The position numbers and the translations under genes were made by a program. A stretch of 62,183 nucleotides of DNA, counting the filler, from Choristocarpus tenellus KU-1152 (Eukaryota; Protista; Phaeophyceae), in NCBI GenBank assembly GCA_964200185.2. It is 11 parts of 11 records of this genome, joined end to end, with 100 filler letters (N's around TTAATTAATTAA, not from the genome) between each part and the next. Parts side by side here need not be neighbours in the genome. Positions count along the whole stretch, not along the records: positions 41,182 to 49,771 come from CAXNAD020004556.1; positions 49,872 to 53,364 come from CAXNAD020019655.1; positions 53,465 to 56,667 come from CAXNAD020021574.1; positions 56,768 to 62,183 come from CAXNAD020010848.1; 7 more parts are not named here. The stretch is one strand, 5' to 3'. Below, in pieces: positions 49,665 through 61,583 of this stretch. Below the pieces are notes generated by a model. The model searched no databases. It was not told the origin of the DNA and was given only the letters and a program-made list of their open reading frames with translations. Each line of letters opens with the position of its first letter. The first letter of the stretch is position 1.

Positions 49665-50817
49665 TATTTTTTCAGATTCTTCTTCTCAGGATTGTTCCTC
49701 TCCTTTGTTTCGCCTTATTTACCCCTTCCATGAAGTTGACATGAGAGGGCTGACACCATGCTGTACGTATCNNNNNNNNNNNNNNNNNNNNNNNNNNNNN
49801 NNNNNNNNNNNNNNNTTAATTAATTAANNNNNNNNNNNNNNNNNNNNNNNNNNNNNNNNNNNNNNNNNNNNTCGTGTGAGGCTTCACACCTTCTTATCTT
49901 CACTACTAACAAATAGCATTACCTCCCAAGGTAATTTGCACATTTTTACCGAATAATGTGTTTATTCTCTCTGAGATATCATTACAAAGTAGTGTGTCCA
50001 GCAGTTGGATAAAAGCTAACAAAGTAGAGTACCCAAAGAAACGATTCAACTGCAGTAGGGTCTCTTCCGAGCCGGCGGTACCTTTTTTCCTCGCCCACAA
50101 ACTCCGTGCACTTCACATACGTTTCGATACTAGTCATATATATATAGTATTTGACCTCATGCCGTTACTCACCATCAAACTTTTTATTACAACTCTACCT
50201 ATTCTATAACCAATCGATAGTATGATCTCTCTCTTTTTTTAGTCTGACTACTACCCTGCCTTCTACTAGAGCAGCGTACAGCAGTGGTCATCACACCGGA
50301 TAAGGGGTTGATGCCCTTACTCCGTTCCTTTATTATTCAATGTACTGAAATCAGAGGCTAAATACGCATGGTCAAATAAGGAGGTGAACGAGGAGGATCA
50401 GTATTTTTTTTGTTCACCATTTCATACAATCTGCACACAAAAGAATGTGTTTGCTTTTTTGTCAAAGAGCAGACATATCCTTACCACGTGTATGCATTTA
50501 CTGGGAGGAATTGAGGTTGGAAAGCATCTTCATTTACTACTATGTATATTGCAATATACTTATTAGTATACTAGTGGTTACTTCCCTCCCACAAAGTTGT
50601 AGTAGACCCATGTTACGCCCCATTTTCTGATATGACCACCATTGGAAGGAAAGGGGACGGGAGACAGGCCTGGTCATCGCAGAAGGAGTGACTAGTTCTT
50701 GTGCAACAATGTTTGTCAATAACCCTTGCTCTCTTCGTCAGAAAGGAAGAAGCCCTTCTCTTCTATACTGGTAAGAAAATAGGACAATGTGTGTGCTGGA
50801 CCAGGCGTTGTGACCCA

Positions 50818-52503
50818 TCAGGCACGAGTTGTGAGCTGCAGCATGTCGGGGTCCACACTCTCATACTCCTGCCTACAGACAGGGCAAACATGTACCTCAA
50901 GTATATTGAAGTCCTCGAATGCACTGAGGCACTGCAAGCAAGGAGGAAATATTTACATTGAGAGGAATATATCAGAGAATGCGATGTAGTGTGTGAATTT
51001 AAGGGATCAGCAGCATATGTATGTTACAACTGCAGCAAGAGCAGGGAACACCACTACAAGCATGATAAAATGTATGTAGTGTTGTGAATCACAACAGCTC
51101 AATCGGTTTCAATTAAATTATTTGGAACAACCAAACAACCAAACTGAAAGGGTTTGGTCAATCGTTTTTTCATACATCATATGTGAGTCAAAGTATCTTA
51201 GAGGGTAGAGCCGCGTCCATTTGGGNNNNNNNNNNCGGACACACCTTTCATAACGTATACATTTTACTTACTCCGAAACATTTTGGAGTCGGAAAATGTC
51301 ATAAAAACCCCCCATGGGAAGCCAAGCCCCGCAAATGTATACATTTTACCTACTCCCAAAAATTTGGAGTTGGAAAATATCATTAAAAAATCCCATGGGA
51401 AGCCAAGCCCCACAAATGGACAAACAAGGAAAAATTCGTACCCTCTAAGATAGTTTCACTCATGTGCGACTGAACGTCTCAGAAGTCACCGTACTACACA
51501 ACATAGTGCATTGATGATCACAGGGTGTAAGTCACTACACACACGTCTCACTACACACATATATCGCTTTGGATCTGCTCCAATCAAGCTGGGACGTTTT
51601 TTGCCTCATGTGCAGACAGTTCAATTGAAATAATGCAGACATTTGATGGCACAAAAGCATTTTGTAGGAATGATTTGGGGAGTATCATCAAAAAAACATT
51701 CATGTGGGGAAAGGGTGAAGAGTGTAAAAGGTGTACCTTGCATTTCAACTGAACAAACCTTCGACCCCCCACTGTGCTCATATTATATTGGATCAGCCAA
51801 GAACAACTCACCGCAGCATGGAACATGTGACTGCAGCTGAGCAGTACTAGGCCACGCCCCACTCTCCACCCTGTCTTCCTCAAACCTACCTCTCCAGGAC
51901 AGGAAGGACTACCTGTGTTCCCCGTCCTTGTCCTCCCACCACCAACTTGCTCGCCCTGTCTGAGTGAGGCCTCCCTGGTCAAGGTCATATGACACATACA
52001 TATCGGGCACTCTTCTTCCCTTCTCTTTGCCGCACTGCACAAGATCTCTTCCCATTTCTTTCCACACACCCCCTCTCTTTCTACTCTCAACCTTGCCACA
52101 GAACCAGAATCAAACCTGGTCGCAGCTTGTACTGACTGAGGTTCTGTCTCTGCCTCTGTTGCAGCCCCTCCTTCTGCCTCCAGTCCAAATACTTTTCGAC
52201 TATAGGCCAACCCACGATCGAGCTCATTGAATAGTCTGTCAATGGAGTCCTCCTGCTGCTCCATGGCCTCAGCAAGGCGACTGGCATGGTCAGCAGCCTC
52301 TGCAGCAAGGAACTGGGCACGCCTGGCATGGTTAACCCCTGACCTCATTTTAGTCCATTCCACTGATGAATCCCCAATATTGAGGTCATTTTGTGGCAAT
52401 CTGTAGTGACTCCGCAAGAGGCGGCGAAATAAGGACCGGGCTGCTACGCCACGGGCTAGGCTCTGGAGCCGCCGTGCACACGTGTGACGCCAAGCGATAG
52501 CAC
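50818..52503 (-). CDS. RNF32: IQ-motif + RING-H2 finger protein, RNF32-like, last two exons
   Basis: Exon 51812-52503 has an IQ-like ARRLQSLARGVAAR and ECPICMC...LLSCSHMFHAA. It splices in phase 0 to exon 50818-50931 (CLSAFEDFNILEVHVCPVCRQEY...*), completing a C3H2C3 RING with the RNF32-like SCSHxFH/CLxAFE pattern. Confidence 0.82.
51185..51461. mobile_element. MITE family B with internal tandem duplication, in RING gene intron
   Basis: TIRs GAGTCAAAGTATCTTAGAGGGTA / TACCCTCTAAGATAGTTTCACTC, flanked by ATGT/ATGT. Contains a 10-N gap. Confidence 0.9.
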
Positions 52504-53342
52504 CTACATGAAACATATTGATGGACAGAGGACAGGCATTGCTGGGAGCCTGCAGTACATAAATCTGGATTCAACTTTAATCTCGAGGCAATTGTGGACA
52601 TAGTTCAAGATTTGGTCAGAAAGAAGAAGAGGTGTCAAATACTTCTTCTTAGGTGCAGGGACCTTTGAAGCTCACACCCACAAAGCTTGCTACTTCCTCC
52701 TCCTCCTTCCTTCTACCCCCACTATCCCAGAAGTAGATACAAAATAAGTACGGATCAGCCTTTTGCCACAGTGGCAGAACCATGCACTCTTTGCATGCAC
52801 TCCTCGATCTGGAATGTGTGTTACAGCAAACTCCAGAACTCACCTCCACAGGATGTGCAACTCAAATTCAATGACCTTAAAATGATGCTATGGGGACGTT
52901 GCCCATGGTATAACAGTTTCTTGTGTGTCAGACAGTCTTCTCTCGACACTCTATTCAGCGCATAGCTAAATGCTTGACTAAATGTTTTGTTCAAGACAAA
53001 AATACTGTTTTAAAAAGGTGTAATGGATGCTGACCAAAAGCCCTTTTATTATTTTCATCATCCGCCCGGTTTTCTGTAGTCTATAATCTAAAAGACATCT
53101 GCAAACTGCTGTATATACATGCTCCAATCATAAACCTTTATTCTGCAACTTCTTAGGAACTTTGACAGTTTTTTCTGTAAGGTTACGTATGCATTACAAA
53201 TCTTACTCTGCATCTTCTAAGGAATCAGCATTTATCCTGTAATGCTATCTATGTGATACTAATCTTGTGTACTGCTCGTGTTTGCTAGAACACGAGAAGA
53301 AATGCTAGCGCTATTCGCCTGTAGCACGTGTTTTGCGCTACT

Positions 53343-53364
53343 GGGTCAAAGTATCTGGGGGGGG
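53343..53364 (+). mobile_element. MITE terminus (family C- or A-type) at contig end
   Basis: GGGTCAAAGTATCT(G)n running into Ns. Confidence 0.7.
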
Positions 53365-53566
53365 NNNNNNNNNNNNNNNNNNNNNNNNNNNNNNNNNNNN
53401 NNNNNNNNTTAATTAATTAANNNNNNNNNNNNNNNNNNNNNNNNNNNNNNNNNNNNNNNNNNNNCCCTCCCCTCCCCTCCCCTCCCCTCCCCCGTACACA
53501 AACCCAATCCTTTCCTTTTTTTTTCTTTCCTTCCTGCCTGACCTCTTACTTTGTTTATTTTGGTAG

Positions 53567-54489
53567 AATTATTTTGGTCTGGACAAGTTTCTTCCTTGGT
53601 TCAACTTTGTGGGGGATTTTGGCAACATCGAAAAGCACTCCCGTATCCTCCTTGAAAAAGTTGGTATTTGGGAAGAGTTTGGTGCGTCAGGTTGGGGTCC
53701 AAACGGTACGAGCTCCTTATTTCAGAGGTAAGATGTGCTTAGAAGAGACAGCACTTGACAATAGTGATCAACATTATTTGTAGTTGCTTTTGGGATTTTG
53801 TCGGAATAGGAACATCGGTAATGTGCATGTGTGTGGTGTTTGTTATGAAGAGAGTAAGTGGATCAAGTGTATTTTTTAATTGGATAAACTCGGTTGTTGT
53901 TTTTTGCGAGTTTTTTTTGTGAGTTTTTTTTTTTAAATGAGCAATTGCAGTGAGTGTGTATTTTTCTTTTTTCTTTTGAGTTATGTAAATGGTGTAATGG
54001 GATATATATATATGTATATATATATATATTAATATGTGTGTGTACAAATTTCTATATGGTAGGTTGTCCACATGTACTTCTACTGGAAGTGATGGATCGA
54101 CAACTGGGTGGGAAAGAGTGGAGAGAGATCTATCTCACTGACATAGGTGGAACATGTTGATAATAATAAATTAGTCTGCACACTTTTAAAACCATCATTA
54201 TGTCACCCATCCTGCAGTTCATCTAAAAGGTCACACTTCCACGCAGGTGTATACATGTGCTATAAACTCAAACACAATTCATTTCGATTTGCTCTCCTGA
54301 TTCATTCTTATGCCAACAATTCATTCAATCAGGTCCACGGTGCAAAATCATAAGACAGGGAGCCATGATATCCAATTTCTGTACTACCCTCCCAAGCTCC
54401 TGGAGATGACTAAGGTGGCCTACCAAATGGATTATGATATGCTCGACAGGTTGGGCTGGGGGGATGACACTCAACCCACTGCTGGCTAA
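53567..54489 (+). CDS. Carbohydrate sulfotransferase (Sulfotransfer_2-like), last two exons
   Basis: Exon 53567-53727 (FNFVGDFGNIEKHSRILLEKVGIWEEFGASGWG) joins in phase 2 to exon 54333-54489 (...HKTGS...YYPPKLLEMTKVAYQMDYDML...*). FVG.F.N and the terminal YxxDY match this family. The ORF track misses it. Confidence 0.75.
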
Positions 54490-54580
54490 GGCCACTCATG
54501 CTGTTGTAGATAAATAGCAAGCATGAGTAGATGGGGTTGGTGAGGAGATACCAGACTTGAGCACCGCCAATGGTACAACT

Positions 54581-54838
54581 GGTGCAGAGTATCTTAGAGA
54601 GTAGAGCCGTGTCCATTTGGGGGCCAAAATCCAATTTTGCGATTTTGATGTAATTTTGGCTATTGTGTTTGTTAGGAGGTGTCAATATCCCTGTTCCGGA
54701 CACACCTTCTCATAATGAATACATTTTACCTACTACATAATATTTTGGAGTGGGAAAAAGTCATAATAACCCTAAGGGAAGCCAAGCCCCAAATGGACAA
54801 ACAGGGCAAAACTCGAATCCTCTAGGATACTTTCACTC
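54581..54838. mobile_element. MITE family B
   Basis: About 258 bp, AGTATCTTAGAG...CTCTAGGATACTTTCACTC, flanked by ACT/ACT. Confidence 0.85.
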
Positions 54839-56421
54839 ACTATCAGCACTTGGTGTTGTTAGCTGGTTTACCTGTGGTTGTCATTGACACCAAGGTTGAT
54901 GTAGTATACTAGAGGATATTTGGGCTGTGCGGGTGCATACTATTGATGGAAATGTTGCTTTTCATATCATGTCCACCACATTGATCCCTGAAACATAAAG
55001 TAAATCTTGTACAGATTAAGATGGAAGTTACATATATTTTTGTAGGATAATTGGAAGAGCTGTTGTGATATGCGTGTGTGAGGTTCACAAACATGTGACT
55101 CCACTCTCTAGCAGTGGGGACTCTGTGAAGATTTCACTATTGTCAACAATTGTATTTGGGTGTCGAACAATGTGGCACAAAAGGTTTCCCACGGTTGCCT
55201 TAGAAGCACCTGTCTGTTCTTTCGACTCACCTTTCGCCTTGAATTTCGTTTATGGAGATGTGTTTTTTGGGGGGGGAGGTGTTGGCCACCTTCCTCTTCC
55301 AAGGTTTATGTTGGGGGGGGGGGTTACTTTTTGTGTTGAGTGAAGGGCTGTGCCACTGTGTAGAAGGTTAGGTTACTCACTCCTTCTATTGCTTATTCAA
55401 TTATGAACTTGAATGTTTTGGATACTGGTGTTCGGTGATGTTTTAAACTATTTGTTTTTTTGTGTAGAAGATTTCAAAGGGATGGGGGGGCTGTCGAATT
55501 CAGTTAATCGTTTTCTTTTCATTGTCTCCAATATTGCTGCATGGGAGTATGGACTTGTGTGTAGGGTGGATGGATTGATGGGGTGGCTTGTTAGATACTG
55601 TTTACACCTATGAATTCACATGGCGGTTATTGCAAGCAGTCAACACCAGTACCCCTGTGTTGTCAAGCACTTTGGGAGAACCGCTGTCATTTTCTGGTGT
55701 TGCATGAAAGGGTACGCACCAACTTTGATCGTAATGCTTAACAACCAAACCTGGCAATGTTGGAGTTTCACCAACTAAAATCCTGTTGCATCCATAGCTT
55801 CACAGTACTCGCAAGCAACCTTATCAATTCAGTCTTTTGTCCCTAATGGATGATGGACCAGGCCTTAAGGCCCTGATGATAAGAGTTTGTGCCCTGACCA
55901 TCGATGAGGCACCTATATTCCTGAAGTGGTGGGGGCATTGCCCTGAAGACTGTATCCGTGGACGATTCCTCCTCTTCTGCAGAGGGTTCCGGTGCCTGAA
56001 AGGAGGGGTCAGAGTCCAAATCCCTTAGTCATGTCCCCTTGAACTTCCCGCCTAGGAGTAGACATTTGCATAATCACTGATCGTTCCCCCCCTTCAAAAG
56101 AACTTTCTAGTGTGCTTACAGGTTTGATGTAAGGTATGTATCTGCACATAGGTAGGAGTGTAGTTAGTTAGGAGGTTGAAGGAACATACTAGCTCAGAAA
56201 CAGCCAATCCAGACACCATCCCCACCTTCACAATCACTGCCATCATCCTGGGCAGACACACTCAGGTTTTTGGAGGAACTGTCTGCATCATCTGTTGAAA
56301 TATTCCACACTACTGGACCTGCAGTTATGTGCCTTGATCGAGGACAATAAGTGGCTTGGTGTAAATATATATTATTAATGTTACAAGGGGCTTGTGGTCT
56401 CAATTCCATTGACTGAACTCA

Positions 56422-56590
56422 GACTCAGTATCTGGTGGGGGGTGGGGGCAGCTGTCCATTTGGGGTAATTTTTTCATGTGGAGTTTTTTGGGCGTTTTGG
56501 TTGCATACGTCGGATGGATAATGTAAATCCACTTTTTTTCCTGATTGTGACCAAAATGGACACCCTGGTGTAGACCCCCCCCCCCCCCCA
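56422..56590 (+). mobile_element. MITE family A, degenerate termini
   Basis: Family A body with right terminus missing. Confidence 0.8.
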
Positions 56591-56767
56591 CCTAATTTTG
56601 GTCTCCTAGGGTGAAACAAGAGGAGAATAACATTTGGGGAGTGCAACGACCACAAGGATAAATAAAANNNNNNNNNNNNNNNNNNNNNNNNNNNNNNNNN
56701 NNNNNNNNNNNTTAATTAATTAANNNNNNNNNNNNNNNNNNNNNNNNNNNNNNNNNNNNNNNNNNNN

Positions 56768-56796
56768 CCGCCACCCCCTCCCAGATACTTTGAGCC
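56768..56796 (-). mobile_element. MITE family A terminus at contig start
   Basis: CCGCCACCCCCTCCCAGATACTTTGAGCC. Confidence 0.75.
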
Positions 56797-57052
56797 AGGT
56801 GATGGAGAACAAGAGAGTGAAACGGAGACTTGAAACGCCATTTTCGGACGGCGAAGAAAATCCCTATTGCGGAATGTAGCACAGAAATAGTCTGCTGCAA
56901 CTAGGTAGCCTGGAGAATATACATGTTCAAATATCCTTTTCTTTGGTGGCCCATTTGAGTCATATGAGAGTGTGAGCTTTCAAAATCTCCTTTTTTTGTC
57001 CTGTATGTACACAGGTTGCACTGTGATAACTCCTACATATCTAAGTTTTATT

Positions 57053-57233
57053 GGCTCAAAGTATCTGGGGAGGAGGGGGCGTGGCGGCTGTCCATTTGGG
57101 GCCAATGTTTCATGTCGCAATTTTTGTGTGATTTGGTTGCATTCGTCGGATGGATAATGTAAGTGCACTTTTCCTGGTTATGGTCCAAACGGACACCCTA
57201 GTGTAGACCCTCCCCTCCCGGATACTCTGGGTC
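57053..57233 (+). mobile_element. MITE family A, complete
   Basis: GGCTCAAAGTATCTGGG...CCGGATACTCTGGGTC. Confidence 0.9.
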
Positions 57234-57755
57234 GTTGGTCTCATACAATAGCTTGGCGGTTATACATGGATTGTATATTCTACTGAACGAATGCACTGGT
57301 TCAGACCTGGACATATAGCAAGATCAACAGAAATGTATGTCTCTACCCTCCTCTCCGTCAGTCAAGCAAAAACAAAAAAAGCCCGGAGAACCTGGGTCAT
57401 TGTGGGAAGTCTTCTTTGAGGCCAGGCATGTACTTGCTGTACACACAAGATTCGAGAGAGGAGACGGAGCAACTAGGGGCGGGATGGCTGAAACCCAATA
57501 CGTGGGAAAATTAAGGCATTCACGGGGCAGTGCCTGTGCTCAGGGTTAGGGTTAGGGTTAGGGGTAGTTACGTTGCAACAGCTAGTTCGTAGATCATGAG
57601 AAGAAGTGCAGTGTGCAGTCAGTGCCTCTGACCACGGGTCAGGCCTAGGTAGGATCAAGGTAGCGGTTTATTGTCTCTCGTGTTAAAGTGAGACAATGAC
57701 AGACAGGAATAGTAGCAATAGAAAAAGATTGATATTCAGTCAGAAAATGCAACGA

Positions 57756-58014
57756 GAGTGAAAGTATCTTAGAGGTTACGAGTTTTTCCCTGTTTGTCCA
57801 TTTGGGGCTTGGCCTCCCACGGATTTTCAATGACATTTTACCTATTCCAAAATGTTTCGGAGTAGGTATAATGTGTATGTTATGAAAAGGTGTGTCCAGA
57901 ACAAGGATATTGACATTTCCAAAAAAACATGATAGCCAAAACTACATCAAAATTGCAACATTGGGTTTTGGCCCCCAAATGGACGCGACTATACCCTCTA
58001 AGATACTTTGACTC
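57756..58014. mobile_element. MITE family B
   Basis: GAGTGAAAGTATCTTAGAGG...CCTCTAAGATACTTTGACTC, flanks ACGA/AAGA. Confidence 0.9.
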
Positions 58015-58698
58015 AAGAGTGGAGCGGAGCTTTTCTTACTGTACAAGGACAACCTTTTGGGGGGGGATGGAGATTTAGAGCTGTTTGTGTTTTGCGGTTG
58101 CTCTCTTTGATGTGCAGGTATAGGGACCCCCCCCAAAAAAAAAAATCCAAAAAAATGTCCCTGACTGACTGACTGTCTGACTGGATGTATGTAGTGTCAT
58201 CATGCCCTAGATTGCACGATGTCAAGGAGTGTGATCTCTCGAAAATTTCTGTAGGTGAAAAATTCTGACGAACATAAAAACATGTACTTTCGTTTTTTCC
58301 TCCAAACTCTTCAAATATGTACATGATGGAAAGTAGAGGGGAGCGGTATGATAATACACTCCCTTGTGATGTAGAAGGGAAGGGGGGGGAGGGGCAGCAC
58401 ACGGTACTGTTTTCAGATATTTACTGCTTCACATCTAGTGATAGCTTTCGACATCTTCAAAATAATTAGCTTGGGAGTATCAATTCTGGACACCGATCAG
58501 TTCTGTCTGCCTTGTGTACTGACCATTAATAGCACAGAATGCATAAAAAAATATCGTTTTTTTATATGTCATAGATAAACGGACACCGCTAAATGTCCAG
58601 TATATTTTTTGTTTTCCTAGTTTGTCGTTTGTTCCACATGTACATAACACTCTACATTTTTTTATTGCCTGAGAACCTACCCTGCACAGGATATGGGC

Positions 58699-59433
58699 TT
58701 AAATTGCCATAGAGCTTATCCAAAGTAGTATCAGAGCTCCACAAGATAGCACTCCTATGATATGTACAGCAAGAAGGCGGAAGCCCCCACCCACCTGAGA
58801 ACTGCAGCCAACTGAGAATGACGGAAGGGCCCTATCAAGCATCCCCTTCAAGGTGCTTGAGGGTTCGGCTGTTTGAGCTGCTACATTGTGAAGGAGGCGG
58901 AAAAACCACAATTTGCTTTTGTCTCTCAATGGTTCACTGCTCAGCCCTCCCTCCCTCTGGCTCCCACCTTGAGTCTCGTCTTGGTCACGACTGTGGCTAT
59001 CGCAGCTGCCCCCTTCCTTTCCTTTGGCTCCTCCGGTTCCTTGGGTCACACCCCTGATTTGCCCTGTGGTAGTGTTGCTGCCAGCTTCGCATGTGCCTCC
59101 TTCTAAGGACATACCCTCGCCCCCACTTTTTCTCGTCATTCCACCTGAGTCATTGTTCTTGCTCCTGTATTCGTCACTGATCTGATCCGAAGAAACTATC
59201 AGCTGATCAGAGTAGGCGTCATTGGTGATCTTTTGTTTTGCCTTTGCATCTTGACCCTTGGCCCTTGCACTTCTTGGTACAATAGGACCAAGCACAAGAA
59301 ATTCGTCTGGGGATACATCAACCCTTAACAGGTCTGGCTTGCCCACCCCACACTCTTGCCACCCGACAATTGCCCCACGGATGTTGTGGGACGACCTGAA
59401 GGAAGACTGGGAGGGCCTGTCGTAGAAATAAAT
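58699..59433 (-). CDS. Terminal exon of an unknown protein with a C-terminal hydrophobic anchor
   Basis: 245-codon open stretch after a CAG acceptor (59434-59436), with a low-complexity G/S-rich middle, ending in LLAVHIIGVLSCGALILLWISSMAI*. Confidence 0.6.
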   Translation of the reverse strand: MYFYDRPSQSSFRSSHNIRGAIVGWQECGVGKPDLLRVDVSPDEFLVLGPIVPRSARAKGQDAKAKQKITNDAYSDQLIVSSDQISDEYRSKNNDSGGMTRKSGGEGMSLEGGTCEAGSNTTTGQIRGVTQGTGGAKGKEGGSCDSHSRDQDETQGGSQREGGLSSEPLRDKSKLWFFRLLHNVAAQTAEPSSTLKGMLDRALPSFSVGCSSQVGGGFRLLAVHIIGVLSCGALILLWISSMAI

Positions 59434-60051
59434 CTGTGATTGCTCGAAAGACAAAAGCGGGAACAAACTCACATTTTTTGAGATGTAGTGAATGATGAGA
59501 GGGTTGAGGGGGTAAGGAGTGTGTTTGGGCAAGCAACGGGACTTCCTGTTGGCTAAATGTGAGATGTAGGCAACTAGCTAATGCACAACATAGTCGCACA
59601 CTATGTAACTGTAGAACTGTATTAATAGTGGTATGCGCAAAATAAAGATCAAGGTTTTCATAATATGATGTTGGCGTTTACGCTGATTTTGCTTCCACAC
59701 TTAGTTGTGTGATTTGAGCCCACTATAGGCTCACTCTCGATAAAATATTCAAGCTATACATGTGTAATCCGCAAGACTTCTGAGGGGAGACTCCTTGCAG
59801 AGGTAGACCGACTGTGGTTACAGTGTCTATATGTGAAGGATACCCTTTTTGATGTCCCATACCCCTCACTCCTGTTGTCATAATGACTCTGTGTACAGAC
59901 GTAGGGATCAGTAGGAGCTACGTTTTTGCTGACAGTGGACTAGGCAACAAGGATAACAATAATAGCTTCCTAGTTTTTTTGTTTATTTGCTCAGAGACAT
60001 GGCATCAGAGACGTTGGAGTCCAAAACAGCACTTGTAGTGAGAAAAGATTT

Positions 60052-60247
60052 GACCCGAAGTATCTGGAGGGGGGGGAAGGGGGTCTACACCAGGGTGTCC
60101 ATTTGGGTCAAATCAGGAAAAGTGCACTAGTACATTATTATTATTATATTATCCATCCGACGTATGCTACCAAATCTCCAAAAAATCGCGACATGAAAAA
60201 GTTGACCTCAAATGGGCAACTGCCACCCCCCCCAGATACTTTGAGCC
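60052..60247 (-). mobile_element. MITE family A, complete, inverted
   Basis: GACCCGAAGTATCTGG...CCAGATACTTTGAGCC, with a small internal ATT expansion. Confidence 0.9.
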
Positions 60248-60699
60248 TTACCTGACCACGTTTAGCATTGGAACTACTAAATGACAAGAATTTCAGCAAG
60301 GTTTAGCTTCACCAGGATACCATCAATGTGGGGACATCTCTCACGATAGTGGCGGAGGAAATTTTTGCATGGAGTGTCAGGTTTGCATATTAAAATACTT
60401 CGAAGTAAGCGTTTTTGGTGCTGTAGACTATATATCTAAAAGTGGCAAGCATCACAGGTTTTTTTTTATGTTCATACAACTCAATAGTTGATGAGCACTA
60501 CTTCGAAGAGAGTTTGAAGTACTTGAGCCACTAACGTAGTGTGTTCACTTATCATGACAGTAGGCAGAGGGCTGGAGCTGCAAAGTGGCATGGTAGTGAG
60601 TGGCATGATGGCAAGTGAACTTATCATGCATGTCCTTGGAGTGCACAGGCATGCTCCTTTGTTGATACGCATACTTCATAAGAACAACCTCTTGACTGG

Positions 60700-61300
60700 G
60701 CATCACCAGTCATCACCAGTATACTTCTACTTGCGATGCACTTATGGTTAATGCATAACAACGAAGGATCCGTACAGATATTGTCATCGTGTCAAAAACC
60801 AAATGTACGGAATGAGGTGGTGCCTACAGTTATGGCTAGGCTTCTAAGCAGGTAACCTGTTCCCATGAAGAACTTGGAAAATCATGGTTTTCATTGTAAA
60901 GAGCTACCAAAGTCTGTGCATGAGGTCCTGTTGTCATGAAACAATAGGTGTAATCCGATATTCTCTGCTTGCATCGTAAAGCAATACTCTGCATGCTGTA
61001 CCACTGATACTTCGCTGTTCGCAATAGAAGAAAGGTATCCTTTGTGCATATTTTTTTTACATTTTATACTTGATACAAGATGGATCTCTCATGAGACGAG
61101 GAAACTGGAGGCAATGCAGATTGGGTTACCAAGAAATCTACTGATGGGGCCACTGCACACTTTGCCAACAAAAAGAAAAGTATTTGGACATGGCAATGAA
61201 CCTTAGCCTGATCCTAGCGAGGATGTTAGCGTTGTGGTGATTCTCAGCAGCAGCGCTTGCCATGGAGAAGCGTAAGCTTGTGTATCGATCAATGTTCAAC
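60700..61300 (+). pseudogene. Decayed DDD transposase remnant, Sola2-like
   Basis: Ordered motifs across frameshifts and stops: MKNLENHGFHCKELPKSVH (60865-60921, cf. DFxENY...QSxH), TDGATAHFANK (61140-61172, cf. SDGxxxQFKN), W*FSAA..HG (61235-61266, cf. WxFFAxxHGK). Recognised by eye from recalled consensus. Confidence 0.5.
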
Positions 61301-61583
61301 AGAAAAGGGTTCAGAGGGCACAAACTGCAATGCAAATCCTGAAGGCATGGAAAGTGGCGCCTACATTTTTTGTAGGTGCTATCCGTACCATGAAGACAAT
61401 ATCTACAACTCAATTTGGGTGCTCTACTTAGTCTATACGTCTGAGTGCAATGTTACTACTTTATACTTATACCGCATTCAATGGCCATAGAATGTACTAG
61501 TAGCTTCAACACCGAAAAACCAGCTCCAAAGCACGAAGATTTTTCATTTCCTCTGCTCTTTACAAATCGTACAAGAAACGACT

